In this document: in pieces, positions 46,342 to 48,210 of the stretch | Layout of the letters: each line of letters begins with the position of its first letter | Numbering within the stretch: the first letter of the stretch is position 1 | DNA from: Promethearchaeota archaeon | GTDB taxonomy: Archaea; Asgardarchaeota; Lokiarchaeia; Sigyniarchaeales; SOKP01 | Reading direction: 5' to 3' | Assembly: GCA_019894955.1 (NCBI GenBank) | Contig: JAGXNQ010000003.1 | Coordinates: 1 to 48,210 of the forward strand | Length of the DNA stretch: 48,210 nt | Notes under the pieces: generated by a model | What the model was told of the DNA's origin: nothing | The model's input: only the letters and a program-made list of their open reading frames with translations | The model's database searches: none | Translations under genes and position numbers: made by a program

Positions 46342-46421
46342 CATGAAACTCCATTAAATGGGAAACTCTTACAGGGCTAATTCAAAATTAAGGAAAATCA
46401 AAAAAATAATAAAAAAAATCA

Positions 46422-46727
46422 GTGAAAAATTATTTTGAAACTAATAAGGAAAGAGATCTCGATGATGAAGAAGAAGGCAGTCTAGTAAAAGAGATATTGC
46501 AAAATTTACCTACAACCTCGAAAGATTACCTATATAGACGTATAGGAGATCTAGAAGATAGAGGATGCATTAAAGACATGACTCCCGATAACCGAGAAAA
46601 ACACCTGGTGATTACCAATACGGGAGAAGATGAATTGATCAGTATCATCAAAACCTTTTTTCCAAGAAAAGAACAGCAAACAATCGCATTGAGGATGTTT
46701 TCAGAGCCTATATATGTACCAAAATAA
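46422..46727 (+). CDS. Small winged-helix (MarR-like) protein
   Basis: VKEILQNLPTTSKDYLYRRIGDLEDRGCIKDMTPDNREKHLVITNTGEDEL follows the recognition helix + wing pattern. GTG start. Confidence 0.5.
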   Translation: MKNYFETNKERDLDDEEEGSLVKEILQNLPTTSKDYLYRRIGDLEDRGCIKDMTPDNREKHLVITNTGEDELISIIKTFFPRKEQQTIALRMFSEPIYVPK

Positions 46728-46877
46728 TTTAGGTCTATTCCCCTAATTTAATGGTTTTAAATTTTGCGTGAAATTTACATGTAATTTATTTAAAATTCCT
46801 TTAAATCTCCATGATCTTTTTTATCTCTTTTAAATTTATATATCGAAAAGAAATAATAGTAATGAATACAAAAATCA

Positions 46878-47004
46878 TGATCCTTCCATAACACTACCCT
46901 GGATTTTTGTCTTTTGGTAGTGCTGATTAGCACTCTTATTTCGCCCTCCTCCCCCTTAATATTTTCCGACCTCATCGTTAGGTCTCGGTGGTGTGGAAGG
47001 ATCG
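46878..47004 (+). ncRNA. Candidate structured RNA or palindromic (MITE-like) element
   Basis: 46878-46887 pairs with 46995-47004 (10 bp). A 3-nt bulge follows, then 46891-46898 pairs with 46987-46994 (8 bp). Two pairs are G.U only on the + strand and would be A/C mismatches on the - strand. There is an internal perfect hairpin AGTGCT-GATT-AGCACT (46919-46934) and a CCCTCCTCCCCC tract. TTTATATAT lies at 46835-46843 upstream and CCTTTT directly follows the stem. The element is a G+C-rich island in an AT-rich spacer. Confidence 0.3.
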
Positions 47005-47458
47005 CCTTTTCCTTAAAACTAAAATGTATTATTAAAACTTGGTATAAATTCACAAAAAATAATTTTTTTTTTTAAAGATTAGAATTATTCATCGTAAAAC
47101 TTAAAATTTACATAGTAATCATTCGAAATTATATCCGGTCCATCTTATATATCGTAAATCCATGATTGAGATCCATAATTATAAGTTTTTGTGAAACTAT
47201 CAATATCTATTGACCACGATAATACAATTTGATAATCTCCTTCTTTGTTCGTATTAAAAATTGGAGACTTTCGGTTATGACATTCGGTCTTTAGTTGTAC
47301 TATTGATGGTAGTTATTATTGTCCTTTGATATTTATCTTCGATCTCATTGACCGAAAAAAAGGAAGTAAGCGTGAATAAATTAAGAGGTAAACTTAATTT
47401 AAATCAAAATAATTATTTTATTTTTTTGGTAATGCTAAATAGATAGAATCAAGGAGGT

Positions 47459-48210
47459 TTACTTTATTATGGCATCTTTAATATATTTCTTCAACAATTC
47501 TTCTGGTATCTGTTCAACGGATATAAAAAAACCTTCAGGGTGTGAATAGATCACTTTCTCATAATCAGAAATTCTGGTAAAATCTACTCTTGGATCATTT
47601 TCAAACCTCTTTATTGCTATGCTTCCCTTAACCCTTTTATTTGGATAAACTGCAATTCCTCCCCTTAAATCAGGCCATTTTTCTCTCATCTTATCTTTTA
47701 TAATACGTACCAACGTGCTAGAATGACCAAGAATATCTGGGCATAATACTGTTTGAACTCCCTCAATTATCTCGAATTCTATTTTCTTATTCACTTCCTC
47801 CAGTGTAGTGGTATATTCATCAATTAATTCAAAGAAATGATTCCCGATAATTTCCATGAGTGAGAAAAGAAGATGTCCTTTCTTAATTACCCTCTGTTCT
47901 CTAAAATGATCGAGTATCGTCCTTTGAACGAATGAATCTAACACACCCATGATGGTATATGAAATTTCTAATTGCTTTATCACTTCCAATGGTCCAGAAG
48001 CATCCTTTATCACAACGTATTTAAGCCATCTGTGAACTTCATTAGCGATTGACCAAGCACCCCAATGTTTTAGCAATAATGAAAGAGTACATTCTTCACC
48101 CATTCCCTTTTGATGGTGATCAAAACATTTCTTAGCGGGATCATGAATTTCCCCTACATCAAGCTTCCAGATATTCGGATCCTTGACTTCTGAAGGATCC
48201 GGTTCTTTCC
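47459..48210 (-). CDS. DHHQ-motif metal-dependent hydrolase (MYG1/UPF0160-like), C-terminal part; N-terminus lies beyond window end
   Basis: The frame stays open upstream of the tracked ATG to the window edge: KEPDPSEVKDPNIWKLDVGEIHDPAKKCFDHHQKGMGEEC. LDVGEIHDP..FDHHQ resembles MYG1 VDVGGEYDP..YDHHQ, and the C-terminal VIYSHPEGFF resembles FVHASGF. Confidence 0.55.
   Translation of the reverse strand, partial: KEPDPSEVKDPNIWKLDVGEIHDPAKKCFDHHQKGMGEECTLSLLLKHWGAWSIANEVHRWLKYVVIKDASGPLEVIKQLEISYTIMGVLDSFVQRTILDHFREQRVIKKGHLLFSLMEIIGNHFFELIDEYTTTLEEVNKKIEFEIIEGVQTVLCPDILGHSSTLVRIIKDKMREKWPDLRGGIAVYPNKRVKGSIAIKRFENDPRVDFTRISDYEKVIYSHPEGFFISVEQIPEELLKKYIKDAIIK

Noticed and set aside
46320-46380. 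Possible C/D-box sRNA (GTGATGG near 46329-46335)
   Set aside because: There is no CUGA D box at an appropriate distance and no terminal stem or C'/D' pair. The single degenerate C-box-like string is insufficient.
46878-47004. tRNA (possibly intron-containing) at the G+C-rich island
   Set aside because: There is no GTTCRANNC T-loop and no D-arm or anticodon-arm geometry. An 18-bp closing helix is incompatible with a 7-bp acceptor stem.
46790-47053. 87-aa minus-strand ORF
   Set aside because: It has an odd composition (YYYFFSIYKFKRDKK, HHRDL) and spans the G+C-rich palindromic element and AT-rich flanks. It is better explained by the structured element than by coding.
1-48210. CRISPR arrays, IS elements/transposases, integrases, prophage genes, rRNA/tRNA
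   Set aside because: I scanned spacers and ORF translations. I found no regularly spaced repeats, DDE/HUH/tyrosine-recombinase motifs, capsid/terminase-like genes or rRNA/tRNA-like G+C islands other than the element at 46878-47004.

Overview
This is an AT-rich archaeal chromosomal segment (roughly 30% G+C by eye), densely coding on both strands, with about 45 protein genes. I found no rRNA, tRNA, CRISPR array or recognisable IS/transposase. Housekeeping and metabolic genes include tandem P-type ATPases, canonical TFB, a nitroreductase, a tungsten-type aldehyde:ferredoxin oxidoreductase, a GlcD/GlcF-like FAD + CCG Fe-S dehydrogenase pair, endonuclease IV, 6-phospho-3-hexuloisomerase and a split MgtE-type transporter with a PhoU/TrkA-C regulator. 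Others are a type IA topoisomerase, a multi-PAS histidine kinase, PurD, a CDP-alcohol phosphatidyltransferase, an M32 carboxypeptidase, an amidase and a SPOUT methyltransferase. Interleaved with these are eukaryote-like genes: an actin-family protein, a Rab/Ras-like small GTPase, an Arf-like GTPase fused to a longin-like domain, HEAT-repeat proteins, a minimal SET-domain protein and a PIG-L family deacetylase. Together with the TFB genes and the base composition, this suggests an Asgard (Loki-type) archaeon; that is inference, not proof. The most interesting region is 39.3-45.0 kb. It holds a compact five-gene cluster: a longin-like + Arf-like GTPase with a degenerate switch II, an orphan 311-aa protein, a HEAT solenoid + coiled-coil protein, a helical protein with an AbrB-like N-terminus and acidic tail, and a second longin-like protein. 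I flag it as a candidate undescribed GTPase-centred, coat/adaptor-like module. Other leads are a G+C-rich GPPKAP-repeat protein two genes upstream of the divergent actin homologue, and a Rab-like GTPase translationally coupled to a coiled-coil protein. There is also a small ORF interrupted by an in-frame TAG, and a G+C-rich palindromic or structured element in an otherwise AT-rich spacer. All family calls rest on motif recognition by eye; no searches were run.
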